A stretch of DNA of 62,794 nt, filler included, from Folioceros fuciformis (GCA_049999805.1; 6 parts of 6 records of this genome joined end to end with filler, not necessarily neighbours in it); one strand, 5' to 3'; counted from the whole stretch's first letter, positions 40,150-53,626 are shown. Program-made: numbers and translations. Notes: generated by a model from the sequence alone, not told the origin.

Positions 40150-42399
40150 TTAGAAACTAAAGCCTCCAGGTGGGATAACTGTTCCACCAGTGAATATGAA
40201 AGGACAAGGATCAGTCAACAATGAGTTTGCCGCTTGCTCTTCAACTTCTTCTTCTTGCCAATACGTTTCCAAAAGTTTCACAGATTTTTCATAGATGTCT
40301 GTATTGTCATGTGTTTGCAAATTCTCTATTCTTTCCAAACCTCCAGCCTCGTCAATATACCGAGCATATAGATTTATTCCATCTGTATTGCCGAGATCTT
40401 TTTCTGATTCACCAACTCTTAATATATTTTCCAACCCCTCCAATGCAACATTAATAATTCTTGAATCTGGGCAGCCAAGGAGGTCACATAGTGGCTTGAT
40501 ACATCCTTGATTGATTAAGTACCTGCAAAACTGATGAACATTTTAGTATAAATGTTTTGAATCTAAATCTTTAAGATCAATAATGGTAGAAATACTGACT
40601 GAATTTGCTCATGAGTTCCTCCCGAAGTTGCATTTGAGATAGCCCATGCAGCTTCTTTTTTTATATCAAATTCAGCTGATGCTAATAATGATACCAAGGG
40701 AGGAATGATATTGGCATCAATGACAGCCTGAAAACTCAAAATAACACCTGTCAAAGTTTCTCACAAGATTTTTTTTGCTATAATAGAATTGATTAGAAAT
40801 CAAGAAAAATATTACCTGTATCTGATTTTTGTTTCCTGCTGTTATATTGGATATAGTCCAACATGCTTCTTTCTTGATGCTCTTTTTATGATTATGTGTG
40901 AGAAGAGTCAACAAGCATGGAAGTGCTTGATTTTCAATAATAAACTGAGGAATCAAAACACTCTCAATTTTAGCCAATTCATTCACAATCCAGTTATCAT
41001 GAATCTCAATTTGTGTATTCAAATGCTTTAGAAGGTCTTATGTAAAAAGATAGAGTGGTTGAGCATAATTTAGAGAGGTCATGATTACCTGAGTTTGTAG
41101 GTCATCACCGGTAACAATGTTTCCAACTGTACGAAGAGCAGGAATGAGAACAGATGGGGAAAAATGCCTATTGAGTTTCAATGTGAGTTAGTAGAGTATC
41201 AAATGAACGAATCAACGTTACTCTCTGAGAACAAAATTTCACAGTACAATTCACTAAAACAAATGCTCATAACTTATTCATCTAAGCAGGAACTTGTTCC
41301 TAAAACAAAGCAAACATAAAAGAAAGATATGAACTCATCTTCCTACAAGAAGTGAAGAAGAACTTACAAAAGTAATTCAACAAGGCGGCGACAAACTCCT
41401 GCTTCTATTACTGCTTGAATCTTATCATTTGTTCCATCTGATAGATATGATAATGCCCAACATGCATCTGTGAGAACTTCTTCATCGCTTGAATGAATTA
41501 ACCTCTCCAGAGCAGGTAACGCTGGCTTGGACTGCATGACAAAAAGAATTTTACATATTGAATTATCTTAAATAGATACATACATGCTTTCTACTACCAT
41601 TCTTTTCAATACAAATCATTCGAGGCAATGGGATAGAACCTGTTCAAAAGGTGGTTGAGGCTTTCCACGGCAAAAGTTGGATAAGGTCCAAGTTGCATTT
41701 CTTAGCATTGAAATTTTTGTATTCTCACTCAATTGGGCAAGCAAAGGCATCATAGCACCACTATTCAAAACAAGGTCTCGACACTTGGATGAGTCTCCAG
41801 CAACATTTCCAAGAGCCCAAACCGCCTTGAGGCAAAACACCATTACCGTGTATTAGCTTCAGGTTTAATGCAAAAGCACTCCAAACCAGTAGAGCTAAAA
41901 AGTGAAAAGTGAGTACTTGTTCTCGAACGTCGTCGTTGGGCGAGCTCAGCAGTTGCACAAAAATCGGCACGGCACCATGGTCAATCACCACTCTGGTGTG
42001 TTCTGAAGTTCCAGATGCTATATTCGTCAAAGCCCAAGCTGCTTCGAACTGGAGTATGATTGACGGCCGGCCGGTCAGCTCGCATGTTGGATCCACCATG
42101 TTCATAAAACAACCACAACAAGCAATACCATACCTGAAGTTGAGGAAAATCATGCCTAAGCAAGAATTCAACAAAACGAGGAACCACCCTTGATGCAATG
42201 ACCTCTTCAATCGGAGGGCTGCGTTCTGGCATTACATAGAGCCTAATAAGATGGAGATGCCACATGGCCTTCACGCTCGCACTGAATGAATCTTCGATTA
42301 CCTATGGATAACAGTTTTCGGAACTGGCTGGTGGCATCCAGTTGCGTTGCTGCGTCGTCTGACCAGACTCCTGCTACCATCGCCGGTAAGCTCTCTAGC
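40150..42399 (-). CDS. IMPA: Importin subunit alpha; first (IBB-domain) exon missing, presumably in the gap
   Basis: ARM repeats: [101 protein letters not shown]; ends PPGGFSF*. Confidence 0.96.
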
Positions 42400-42605
42400 T
42401 GGAAAAGACCACCAGTGAGGGGGCATCGCAAATGCGTCTGTGCTAAAATTGCAATTTGTTTGTTCCCTTGCTTTATGCTACAGGTTACGACGCTCTGCCC
42501 ATCCATCCATGAATTCTTGCCATTCTTGATTTTTTCCATGTGCTAATCGGGAGAGGTGTGCACAAGTTTCGCTGAAGCATGGAGGGAAGGAAGATCGAGC
42601 CGCCA

Positions 42606-42705
42606 NNNNNNNNNNNNNNNNNNNNNNNNNNNNNNNNNNNNNNNNNNNNTTAATTAATTAANNNNNNNNNNNNNNNNNNNNNNNNNNNNNNNNNNNNNNN
42701 NNNNN
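42606..42705. other. Artificial scaffold join
   Basis: 44 N + TTAATTAATTAA + 44 N. Confidence 0.97.
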
Positions 42706-45595
42706 TAGTCCGGAGAGCTCAAGCAGCAGCAGCAACAGCTGCGCAAGAGAAAAGGACCTACTTCATCAAGCCTTCCCTACTTCTAGGGCTTCTTGCCTCT
42801 TAGGGTTTGGAAGGGAAGCGCATTTCGAGAACTCCGTTACCAGGCGCTAAATGGAATTGTCCTTTTTCCCTTTTCTTTTTCGTGTGTTTCGATTGATTGA
42901 TAGATGGGAAAATTGTCATAGTAAGGGAAATTGTCACTTCTGTTGTTTGGTGTCATAGTGAGGGAAATCAGGATGAGGAAGCACTCCACCCATCTTCCGT
43001 AAGGAGGCGATTCCGATTTCTGCAGCAGCTTTGGCGTGAGCTTCAAGTTCGCCAAGCTTACCCACAATGGTCACGGTGGTATGGGACAGTCGTGCGCCCC
43101 AAGGTTCCGCATGTCGGAGAGATTCCCAGTGTACCTCACTCCCACCGTGGGCGGCAAGATAACGTTTCTAGCTTCTTCCCTCCTTACAGTTGGTTACTTG
43201 GTGGACAAACTAGGTATTAGGGGTCCTAGAGGCGTCACAGCCAACCTCGCTGTTGCCCTGGGACATCTGGCTCCTGTAGCATAGTTTGACGTCCTTCCCC
43301 TTTGCAAGCTTGGAACCCTAGAGATGGTTCCACATTGCTCAGTGAACCAGACATTCTTCCCCCACGCTGGAACTTGCCTGTGGAGTCCCTTCAGTATAGA
43401 TGGCCGAAAACAAACTCACCTTGAAATCAACTCAATCTCAAGCTTGGGATGCTAGAGTGCACGTTCGTCATTGCACAGTGCACAAGAACATTCTTTCTCC
43501 CGAAAGTATGGCAGTGCGACATCCCGAAGACATTTTCAGACATTCTCAGATAGCACTTCAGCTCGTTGCGTCACGCACGCCAGCTCGGGATGGTAAACAG
43601 GGCGCACAAGTGGGGCCAGAACATGGCAATGACATTGCCATGTTCAGGGGCGACCTGGGGCCTGCGACGTATTTGAGTCCTTTGCGGATGATCTTTTGGA
43701 GCCCAATGGCACAGACTTGCCCATCGTGCAACAACAAACTCCATACCTCTCATAAAATAAAACTATAGGACAATGAGGGCAAGCTTGCAATACCGTTGGT
43801 TTTATTTGGAGAAAATTTTGCGGAAGGAAGTTGGATCACTCACTATATTGTATCACCTCAAAAATCACTTGGTTCGATTAGGTTGACACCAGTCACCTAC
43901 TTGGTTTGATTACGTGACTTCCAGTTGTAGAATAAATTTGCGTTTCATTGAAATATCATTGTGGCCTCGTTGCAAAACTAGGCTCTTCACACCATTAGTG
44001 CATATGGAAGATGTCAATAATTTCATAAGTGGAGAAGGTTTGGATCAAGTTGTTGCAATCTGTACGCTAGGGACTAAACCTATACTCCTGTGGATGCTAA
44101 GGTACGCCTCCACATACTTCAGCATTCTCAATGTTGCCGATAGGGATCCCTATAGGCAACATTAAGAATATGTACCCAATGAATTCCATTAGAACTACAC
44201 GCAACAAGAGAACATTTTCAGAAGACATGGAAGTCATAGGGTTGTCACAAAGCTGGTAGGATCGTAGAGTCATCACTGGCACATTTGGAGGATAGTCACA
44301 TCGACCCTTTCTAGAAATAGGAAGGGTGACTCGACGCACAACAATGAGAGTAAAAGTGCTTAAGAGTCATCAATGAAATGTTAGTCTACTAAGTTCATGT
44401 GCATATTATACCTGAACGCAAGTGAATGGGAGTGGTTTGTAGGCATAGGAGTCTCATCCACACAATAGCAGTTGAACCCATAAACACATAGTCAAGCTAG
44501 ACTTCGCAAGCAAATGTGATGACTATTTTTGGAGATGAAATTTAAGAGACATAGTGGATGGATTTGTCAAGCCCGCTTAACTCTTCATAGGTGGCATTGT
44601 GATAGGAAAATCTTGGCAACCCATGTACCAGATAACGTGAATGATGAAAAAGAGTTGTGATGACAACGTCGGCCACCCGTATAGCGAGGAGTGTGTGTGA
44701 TGGCACCAGCAACCTCATTAGAGTAGAGGGTCTGTGCTGTAAATGCATTCTAAAACATGAGCATTGTCATAGGGGACGTAGTCTCAACCTATTGGAGGCG
44801 TGGTTAACAATTCGGGACTTGTAGGTTGCCAACATCCAAATAAAAGGGGCATTGAACGAAGACACAAAGAAGAACAAGCCGATAAGGAAGAGGCACGTAC
44901 AAATTATAATGCCTAAGCTATATTTGCAGTACCACCCGTTCCAAGCATCGGAAAGAGTGCAAACCAACATCCTACAAGTTTGCAAGTAAGCTTTCTCCTA
45001 AAGTTAGTACCATGTATTGCTTGTAGTAGGCAAACTTTTTGTTATCGTGCATTGTACTACTTACATTAGGCGCACTCTAAGCATTGGCCTAACCTACCCT
45101 ATGCGTTCCTAAAGCAAGGCCTATACTAGAATAATGACAAAAAAGCACAACTAGGATTTCTTGGACACCAACTTAGGATTTTATGTTTTCAAGGCCTCTT
45201 TTGTTGAAAACTTCTAAAATCATGGATTTCATAGATCTAAGAAGTGAAAAATGAGAGGTTTTCCAATCATTCACCTAAATGAGGAGTACATAATTACTCC
45301 GTAGGAAACCTTGTTAAAGTTGTATAGTGCTTTGCAAATCAAATCCAATAGATCTACTAGTTTATTATCACAAATTATCACGTTTAATAGGGCTACTAAT
45401 TCATTGCTTAAAGACTGAGTACAATAGGACAACCAATTCATAACTTCCAAATTGAGTATAATATGGCCACCAATTCTTTGCATAAAAAGTAAAAGTTGAA
45501 AGTAAGAGCTACTAGTTCATTCCCGCAAATTGAAACTAGTACTAGGGTTATTAATTCATTGCTTAGAAATTGAATACAATATGTCTATCAATTCA

Positions 45596-45671
45596 TTGGT
45601 TAGAAACGAAGAATAATAGGGCCAACAATTCTTTGGTTAGAAACGAAGAATAGTAGGGCCAACAATTCTTT
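45596..45671. repeat. 37-bp tandem duplication within an AT-rich degenerate repeat tract
   Basis: TTGGTTAGAAACGAAGAATA(A/G)TAGGGCCAACAATTCT x2; related GCTACTA.TTCATT units across about 45380-45710. Confidence 0.8.
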
Positions 45672-46419
45672 GTCTAAAAACTTAGTAGAGTAGAGCTACT
45701 AGTTCATTGCCTACAAACCAAGTCTCCTAGTGCACCTACCATTGCAAGCAACCTAATTTAAGGCTAGGAAGTGTTATTGATTTTTCCATTCTTCTTTCAC
45801 GTTGGTCATGATGGGACCACTCACTCTAGATACTAGACTTGAGCAATATAACCAATATTAAAATAGATTGAAATTAAACTTGAATAATGAACAAGGTAAC
45901 TAACATTAAGATAGACTTTAAAGACTTGAACCATGCAACCAGTATTAAAAAGTTGTCCTATCTCAACTTTTGTTATATTCTCAATTCCTACTTATATACC
46001 TTTTCATCAATTTTTGCTTTCTTCTTTGTTCCATTTCCAGTTGGGAATGCCAAGGTTTGGGGGTGCTTAAGTGCTCCACTTTGAAGTTCGATTTTTCCCT
46101 CATCAAAAATTATTTGCATGCGTAGAGATAGGATTAAATTTTGTTAAGTATCAAGTAGCATTGTGATTCATGAACTCACATTCCTCTTTGATGAAACAGA
46201 ACATGAAGACTTTATAAAAAACAAGAGATGGAAGTTCCATCTACCCAGTGGCAAGGGGAATAACCTACAATGGGGAAAAGCCAAGAAAGGGGGCCTAACC
46301 CCCTTGTCCGTCTAGCTTGTAATTCCCTATCCCCCCTAAGATGTCACATTCATATATAAGGTATGGCCTACTTACCACCGGGGTTGCTGAAAGCCACATC
46401 CGCTACACTTGATGTTGTC

Positions 46420-48950
46420 CGAAAAATCACGTTTGCCAAGGCCTTTTATAGTGCAATTGAAACCCATTGCCGGAAAAATGCCACCATGTCGGATAGGGGA
46501 AGCCCTATGCCACTCCTGTTGACGTGATGGGCCTTCGCGCATGTCTTCAAAAACCTGGAAAAATTCTTACCCATGGCTCTATGCGTTTCAATAGTAAGGG
46601 GGATGAACAAGTGAAAAGGTCTGCAACGAGGGAGATGATGTTTAGCAAGGTATATTGGCGCTCTTTGTAGGGGAAGAAGCCACCCTCCTTGGCCAAAGAA
46701 AACATAACGTCCCTCATTGCATTATGGGTGGCGATACGCTGCCCGCCGATTGGGCAATACTCCAGGTGGCTCCCGGGGTCGTCGAAGGGGACCCCACAGC
46801 TACAAGAAGAGAGAGACTAGGCCAGCGGCTAGACCAAGCCTAGACAAAACCTCATCGCGGTAGAGAAAGAAGTTGGTGCGATTCGGAAAGCTTAGATGCA
46901 TGGACACTCCAACAACCAAGAGCCAGCGCCCTTTCCCGAACAAGCTTGAAGGCGTGCTCGAGCCTGCTTGTCAATGGAGGAATCTAGCATGAGGGCCTGC
47001 AACTCTTGCCCATAATGCTTTTCCATGAGGGTGGCCTGAAGCCCTCTCATACCCCCGCAAAGGAAGGAGGAAAAAGAAGGCATGACCAATCGAGCTTGTG
47101 AGGATAAGAGATCCTAGCCCCTCCTCAACTCTCGAGACAAAACCCTCCAAACTGCTCGAGTTTTCGACGGAGAAGTGAGTCATTAAAGTTGGGACAGAGA
47201 GCGCCCAACTACCAAGAAAAGCAACTAACGCCGAGGCCTCCATTGCTAGTAGCCCAATGTCGTTCGAAGCAATGGGTAGGGATGCCTATCTCCTAGCCAA
47301 ATCACCTACAGAACAATCGAACGAACCCGGGCCAACAATGTCCCCTAATTCCTTCAATACTTGTTTGTTGAAGTCCCCTAATTTTGGAAAGAAAATCTGG
47401 GGATGGAGGCATCGTGCAAATGAGGTACTTGGAGTGTCGCGCAAAGCAGGTGGAGAGGATGTCGTAGGCCACTTGTGGGTCCCCAAGTTAATGAAGGTCC
47501 TCAATTTGCACCAAATCCTCCATCAAAGCTGCATCCATAAATTTACGGATGAAGTCGGGTGGGCCAACAAGGACCCCCAGGACGCGGATCCCCAACTGAG
47601 AATCGATGTTCCCCTCCGGAAATTGTAGAGATAGAGTGATACTAGATGGAGACCAAATCTTACACTTGGAAAATCTTGACTTTTAGGCCCAAGTGTAAGA
47701 GCTCCTTTGAGAAAAGCTCAACCGTATCTCTTGGACCTAGGAGATGGGTGTCATTGGCCACAAATGGGAAGAAGCAACCCCCTACTGCAGAAGTGGTAAT
47801 TGAAAGGGCTTTGAAGTGAGCCATATCAAAGAGAGCTCCCCATAGGGGATCCCCTGGCGCCTACCTTTTGTCGAGTCAAGCACTAAGACTATGGGGATCC
47901 CCTGGCGCCTACCTTTTGTCGAGTCAAGCACTAAGACCTCCTCCGTCGTGGACCCATATTGAAAGTAGAGATTAATTGGGACATCATGAAGAAAATAAAA
48001 GACTCCGAATGATCGTCCGTCACCTTCAACTCGTTCAAAATAACCACCGTAAAGATGTCTTAAAAAGGCATTCTCCACAGCTTGTTGAAACTTATTGCTT
48101 TAGTTTGAAGCCTTGACAGGAAGTTTCCCCTCGTATTATGGAGTACGTGCCGTGCCCAACAGTACTCTTGGACCGGATGCTTAACGGATAGGAATATTCC
48201 CCGTATCTGGACTTGCCGTCAACGCGAAATGTTGCCAGCGAAATGTTGCCAGCGAAATTGCCCTCAACCGTCTACTCTCGGACAGGGCAGACGTGTTCTC
48301 CTTCCGCGTTGTACAGTTAAAGCTTTTAGAGTGGAAGGCGACCGTTGCGCACAGACTTACCCTCAGAGCAGGTAGTCTTGGTTGACTGTGCAACCCAGTT
48401 GGGTGAGGCGGACCATTTTCACCTGGTGGAACCAAGTGCCATGGCCTGGTTTCCGGAGGAGAGGCAGCCTCTTCAAATGTTCACCGTTGCACTCTGGTGC
48501 ACTGAAAAGGCACGCAAGTTCCTGCAAACGATGCGTAGAGTACTTTCGCTTATGCTCACCTGAAGCATAGGAATCCCCAAGCTTTCACATTCGAGACGGT
48601 GCAAGGCTAGCCGGTTTGACTGCGAGTCTTGTTGAACAAGTGTTCAACAAGGACCACCCCCGTGGGATCTTTAGCTTTCAGACGTTCATCTGTTCACCTG
48701 CTTGACAGCGGAAACCAGCGTTCTTGAGACGGTTCCACTATTTTTGACAGCACCACATAACGATCCCTGCGAATGTAGGTCACCAAGGTGGACTGTGGCC
48801 CTGCAAAACGAGTCCTTAATGAGCTGCGGTGTGCCCTGCCACATCCGACACCTCTGGTACGTGGGCACGGATGAAGGCGGCAAATGTCCGTCATCCTCTT
48901 TGCCGACAAGCGTGTATTATCCAAGATGACGCTAGAGATCGGATTCCTCA
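46420..48950 (-). mobile_element. Degenerate non-LTR retrotransposon of the restriction-like-endonuclease (CRE-like) type; boundaries approximate
   Basis: RT motifs RQG(D)PLWGALFDMAH and FPFVANDTHLLGP (ADD-like), ARARLQACSGKGAGSWL, zinc knuckle CSCGVPFDDPGSHLEYCPIGGQRIATHNAMRD, FIPLTIETH, FFRQWVSIAL*KA; many stops and frameshifts. Confidence 0.8.
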
Positions 48951-49399
48951 TAATTTGAGGCAGAGTATTGTATTATGCCAACTTTTTCGTAAATTGCAAC
49001 TTGCAACTTGAGTCTTTTGTGAATCTTAATTCCAAGCAAGCTACAAGGACTTCCTAACAATGTTCAACAATGGAAGCACTTGTTAGATCATCTGCAACAG
49101 TGTCCACTGTGTTTCCACACGTCCTTATTAGCAGCATGGGCAGCTCCTGCATACATGAAATTTCTTAGCTTCGGCTGCTAGATGTAGACCACCTGCCACA
49201 CAAACCTGCTCTTCGACAGGTTAGTTTCAACGACAGAACGTGTAAGGCCCTAAAGGGTTTTAGGTGCTGCCGGGAATCACCTGTAAAGCATCCGTGGTGG
49301 CACTGGCTGCTGGGGAACCCACTAGTTGTATTTAAATTCGAGAAAGATCCAGAATGTAGACCTTTGAGACCATTGCCTCTTCGTTTTCTTTGACATGTG

Positions 49400-49940
49400 A
49401 TGGCCACCTTTCTGCATAGATAGCCAGAGCTTCATTCCCCTGCCCATACTGAGGACAGTTTGCACTCATCACAGTCCTTGTGACCACAACACCTTCAGAT
49501 CGCAATTGGTCAAACGATGAGCAAGCATCGTCCAAGCTCCCGTATTTTACATATATGTGCACCAGGCAATTGCCAACTCCGTTGTCAGCTTTTTTTGCCA
49601 GCTCATTTGTCAGCATCTTTCGTCAACTCAGTTGTCAGCATGTTTCGTCAACTCAGTTGTCAGCACCCTTTCCACGGATATTGATGAAGCTCCTTCCCTG
49701 GATGAATAGCCCTATGAGACTGCGGATGCCTTGAGGAGGTCATGGAACCGTGAAATGACCACCTGTAGACATGCCATACTGTGCCATACTTGTGAACATA
49801 CGGGTGCGCCAGCGTTTCTTCAGCAAGGTCATGCTGTGTGTATGCTGCCACATTTCTGCTCGGTAAGCTGAACAACACCGTGCTATACACTTCCAATCTC
49901 TTGCATACGCAATGCAGCAGGCTGGTGCCTACGGACACAT
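49400..49940 (-). pseudogene. PLS-class PPR gene fragment
   Basis: VGNCLVHIYVKYGSLDDACSSFDQL..EGVVV...YGQGNEAL and VFSLPSRNVAAY-like remnants; disrupted, with a 25-bp tandem duplication at about 49618-49665. Confidence 0.7.
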
Positions 49941-51277
49941 GAGATCCCAGGTCCCTTTCACAGATGAGCTACCTGCACCTAGGAAACCGAAGCCAACAAG
50001 CTCGTCTGCCTCCCCCCGCCCATGATCAGGCCGATGTGCCTCCTTGAAATGCGGTTCTTGGTAAGGATGACCGCTTACTCCGGACTCCGCCAGGCCTGCT
50101 TGCCAGCTGATATTAGGATTGCGCAACCAGGCGATAGGAAAGGTGCACAACACCAACACCATCTGCTGCTTTTCCTGGACTACAGTATAAGAATCCTACA
50201 TCAGAAAGGGGCCTCTTGAAGGGGAATCTTGTCCTGTCTGAAGTAGCGACGCTGACACGTGACGTCACAGGCACCAATGCCTGCGAGCGAGATTGAAGGA
50301 GCACTGATTGCTGGCATGGAACAGTACGTCGCCCCCCGTGGGGTAGGGGCCACTGCCCATAGCCCAGGCCAGGCCCACGCCACTCTGCACTGCTGCATGA
50401 GTCCAAGACATGATCAGGAGGGCTAGCCGTAAAAATCAGTTGGCCAGGTCTGGGCCCCACCGATCCACTCGTGCAGCCGTGCCATGCTTCATGTATGACA
50501 TCCCATGGCTTGTGCATTCAGCATCTACGTATGGTTTTGCAGGGCACCGGCAACCGGTGAAATAAAGCGGCACCGGCAAGCCGTGGGTTATCGCCGCGAA
50601 AAACGGGCTGGCAATGCATATTGCGAGCGAGATCACGCACACACGCATCATTCTGTTTACGTTGCTGATCACCGTTGTCCATCTCAGCTAGGATCATCGT
50701 TGTCCATCTAAGGAGCACGAATTTGGCATCAATTCGGCACACCGCTGTGTAAACAAATCACGATTTGAAAGGAGGGTTTCAGTACCTAAACCATAGTTCT
50801 TACAACAACTGGTAGCCAGTGAAGCCTATAGGATAGGATATATGGTGTATGTATGATGGTCACATGTTATGTGGCAACATTTACAGCACACTCGTGTAAG
50901 AAGAGTGTCAGTGGGGCCCAGACCTGGCCAACTGATCAGGAGAGGGTCAAGCGTGCTTGTGGAGTTGTCTGACCCTGTATGATACAGTAGCCTCCCCATT
51001 CTTGGACTGACACGTAGGACTGCACACACATTTAGTACACGGGTTTCCGCTCCACGTCCTCGGTCTTTAAACCCGAGGCGCATCGACATCAACAGGGCCA
51101 CAGGGATGGATGGTCGATCTGCAGCATTTGCTTCCACTTGCGGGCCACTCTTGGAAAGTGCCTCCGACCCGGCCGAAGGGTGGCCAGAGAGCCACATCGT
51201 CACAGCTACCAATTATGTGAGGCCTCCACCCCATCCTTTCTCATCCATGTCGCACTGAGAGCGCACCAACTTCAAGG

Positions 51278-53626
51278 ATGCCTCTGAACTTGGCTTTGCA
51301 GGTTGAGGCGGCGGAGGAGGAGGAAACCGCTCCAGCAGGCGACGAATCTGTCACCTTGACAGGATTTGCTTCGGACAAGAGCCGAACAGGAGGATGGAAA
51401 GCCGCTATCTTCATCTTCGGTCAGCCTCTCACACTGACGACGTTTCCGGGAATACTGCTTGAAAGATTAGGATGTCGCCTAATGTGTTGGTGAATGACTG
51501 CATCCTTGTCCTGTCCATTCCGATCCCGTAGTGTACGAATTCGGAGAGACGATTGGGCAGTTCTCCGTGGCCTTGAATCTGGTGCCATACCTGGTGCTGG
51601 AGCTCCGGCAATCCAACCAGAAGGCCACCACCATCTTCACCAACTTCTTCGGCACGTCCTTCATCACCTCTCTGCCGTGGGGATTCGTGGCCGACGCATA
51701 CCTGGGGCGCTACTGGACGGTGGCGCTCGGCACTGTCATCATGTTCGCTGTAAGATCCGGCAACCAGTGCAGCTGCAGGGCATTCTTCCGACGAAGCTGG
51801 ACTTGACGGCCTCCTGGAATGTGACAGGGATTGTTGCTCATCGCTCTCAGCACGGCAGTGAAGTCGCTGAAGCCGGCTCCGTGCGAGGGCTTACCCGTCT
51901 CTTCCTGCGGGCCTGCCGACGGGACTCCCATGGCGGTCTTCTACGCCTCCATCTACCTCATTGCAGCTGGGGCTGGCGCTATAAAGCCCTGCCTCCCGCC
52001 CCTAGGAGGAGACCAGTTCGATGATTCCATCCCCGCTGAGCGCAACAGCCGGCCTGCCTACTTCAATTTCCTGTTCTGGTCCGTGCAACTCGGCACGCTC
52101 ATCGTCCTCACGTTCGTCGTCTACATCCAGGTAACAGTGTATGGCCACTGCCGAAGCCGCTGCAATATGGCCTGCTTTGACTGGAATGTGTGCAAGTGAG
52201 GAATCTAGACCAGTTGTGCTTGCGCCGATGCAGGACAATGTGGGAAGGACGACGGGGTACGCCATCCCTACTGCATTGTTCTTTGCATCCGCCGTCTTCT
52301 TCTTCGCGGGCACGCCTTACTTCCGCCACAGGAGGCCGAAGGGAAGCGGCTTCACTCGGATGGCTCAAGTGTTTGTGGCTGCAGCCAGGAAGTTTTCCGT
52401 CTCCGTCCCGCAGAACCCTACCGTCCTGTACGGTTTCCAAGCCGGATCCGCGCTCGAGCCGCACCACACCAGCCTCATGAGGTATGTATATCTTAGGACT
52501 GGAAGCAGCATTAGCGTTAGCATAAGCATCAGCAGCAGCAGCAGCAGCAGCTGGAATTCTTTCGTGTTCAAAGCATGCCTATGATCTTAGCATTGTTGCC
52601 GGATTGGATGGGGGCAGGTTTCTGGACAGGGCAGCGGTGATCACAGCAAAGGATTTAGCCGAGGGTAAAGGCGAGGAGGTCATGGGGAGGGGCTGGAGAC
52701 TGTGCTCGGTGCAGCAGGTGGAGGAAACGAAACGAGTAATGCAGGTGCTGCCGATCTGGATCACCACCATCGTGCCCTACTGCGTCATAGCCCAGGTGAG
52801 CAGCTACAGCGTGATCCAGTCCCTGAGCATGGACAGGCACATCGGCCCCCACTTCGAGGTGCCGTATGCATCGTTCGGAGCCTTCGCCCTCATTCTGTGC
52901 AGCGTTATCTTGCCTCTGTACGGTCCGTTCGTGGTACCGGCCCTGCGGAGGCTCACGGGGCACCCGAGAGGAATGTCACCGCTGTGGAGGATCGGGACGG
53001 GGCTGGTCATCACCATCACCCCCATGGTGAGCGCAGCTTTGGTGGAAATAAAACGGAAGGAGGCAGCCAGGAGGGAAGGGAAGCTGGACAACCCGCTGGC
53101 ACAGCTCAGCATTTCAGCCTTCTGGCTGGTGCCGCAGCTGGGGATCATCGGGCTGAGCGAGGTGTTTCTCACAGTGGGCCAGCTCGAGTTCTTCTACGAG
53201 GAGATGCCCGAGGGGTTTCGATCCATCGGGACCGCCTTCTACCTCTCTGCCATAGCTGTGGGATACTTCATATCCAGCTTCGTCATCGACACGGTCACCA
53301 GGCTCACCAGCCACGGCAGCTACCAGGGATGGCTTGCCCAGAACATCAACCGCGGGGATTTGCAGAAGTTTTACTGGATGCTGGCACTCATATCCTCAGG
53401 CAATCTCTGCTTCTTTCTCGTCGCTGCCCATTTTTACAGGTACAGGTCGAGACCCGGGGCAGTGAGAAACGTCCTCGACCCCGCCCGAAATTCCACCGCC
53501 TCCAGTTGCCGCCTGTCGGACGCCCAGCTCCTAGACCAGAGGCGATTTCGTAGCTCTTTTGTGGATGCTAACCCGCTCTACACCTGGTTGCCTGAAAACA
53601 GCCCTACCAATAGTCCCGTCCGCTGA
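51278..53626 (+). CDS. NRT1/PTR family (NPF) transporter, 5 exons (51278-51419, 51532-51749, 51828-52130, 52234-52481, 52618-53626)
   Basis: TGGWKAAIFI, GFVADAYLGRYWT, IKPCLPPLGGDQFD, LCSVQQVEETK, WLVPQ...VGQLEFFYEEMPE. Confidence 0.95.

Noticed and set aside
42706..45200. Possible decayed transposase or gypsy remnant
   Set aside because: Only vague Cys/His-rich fragments; no motif I can assign with confidence.
46287..46315. Helitron 3' end (hairpin followed by CTAG)
   Set aside because: Short 7-bp stem, CTAG not followed by T, no 5' TC partner identified; more likely the retroelement 3' UTR.
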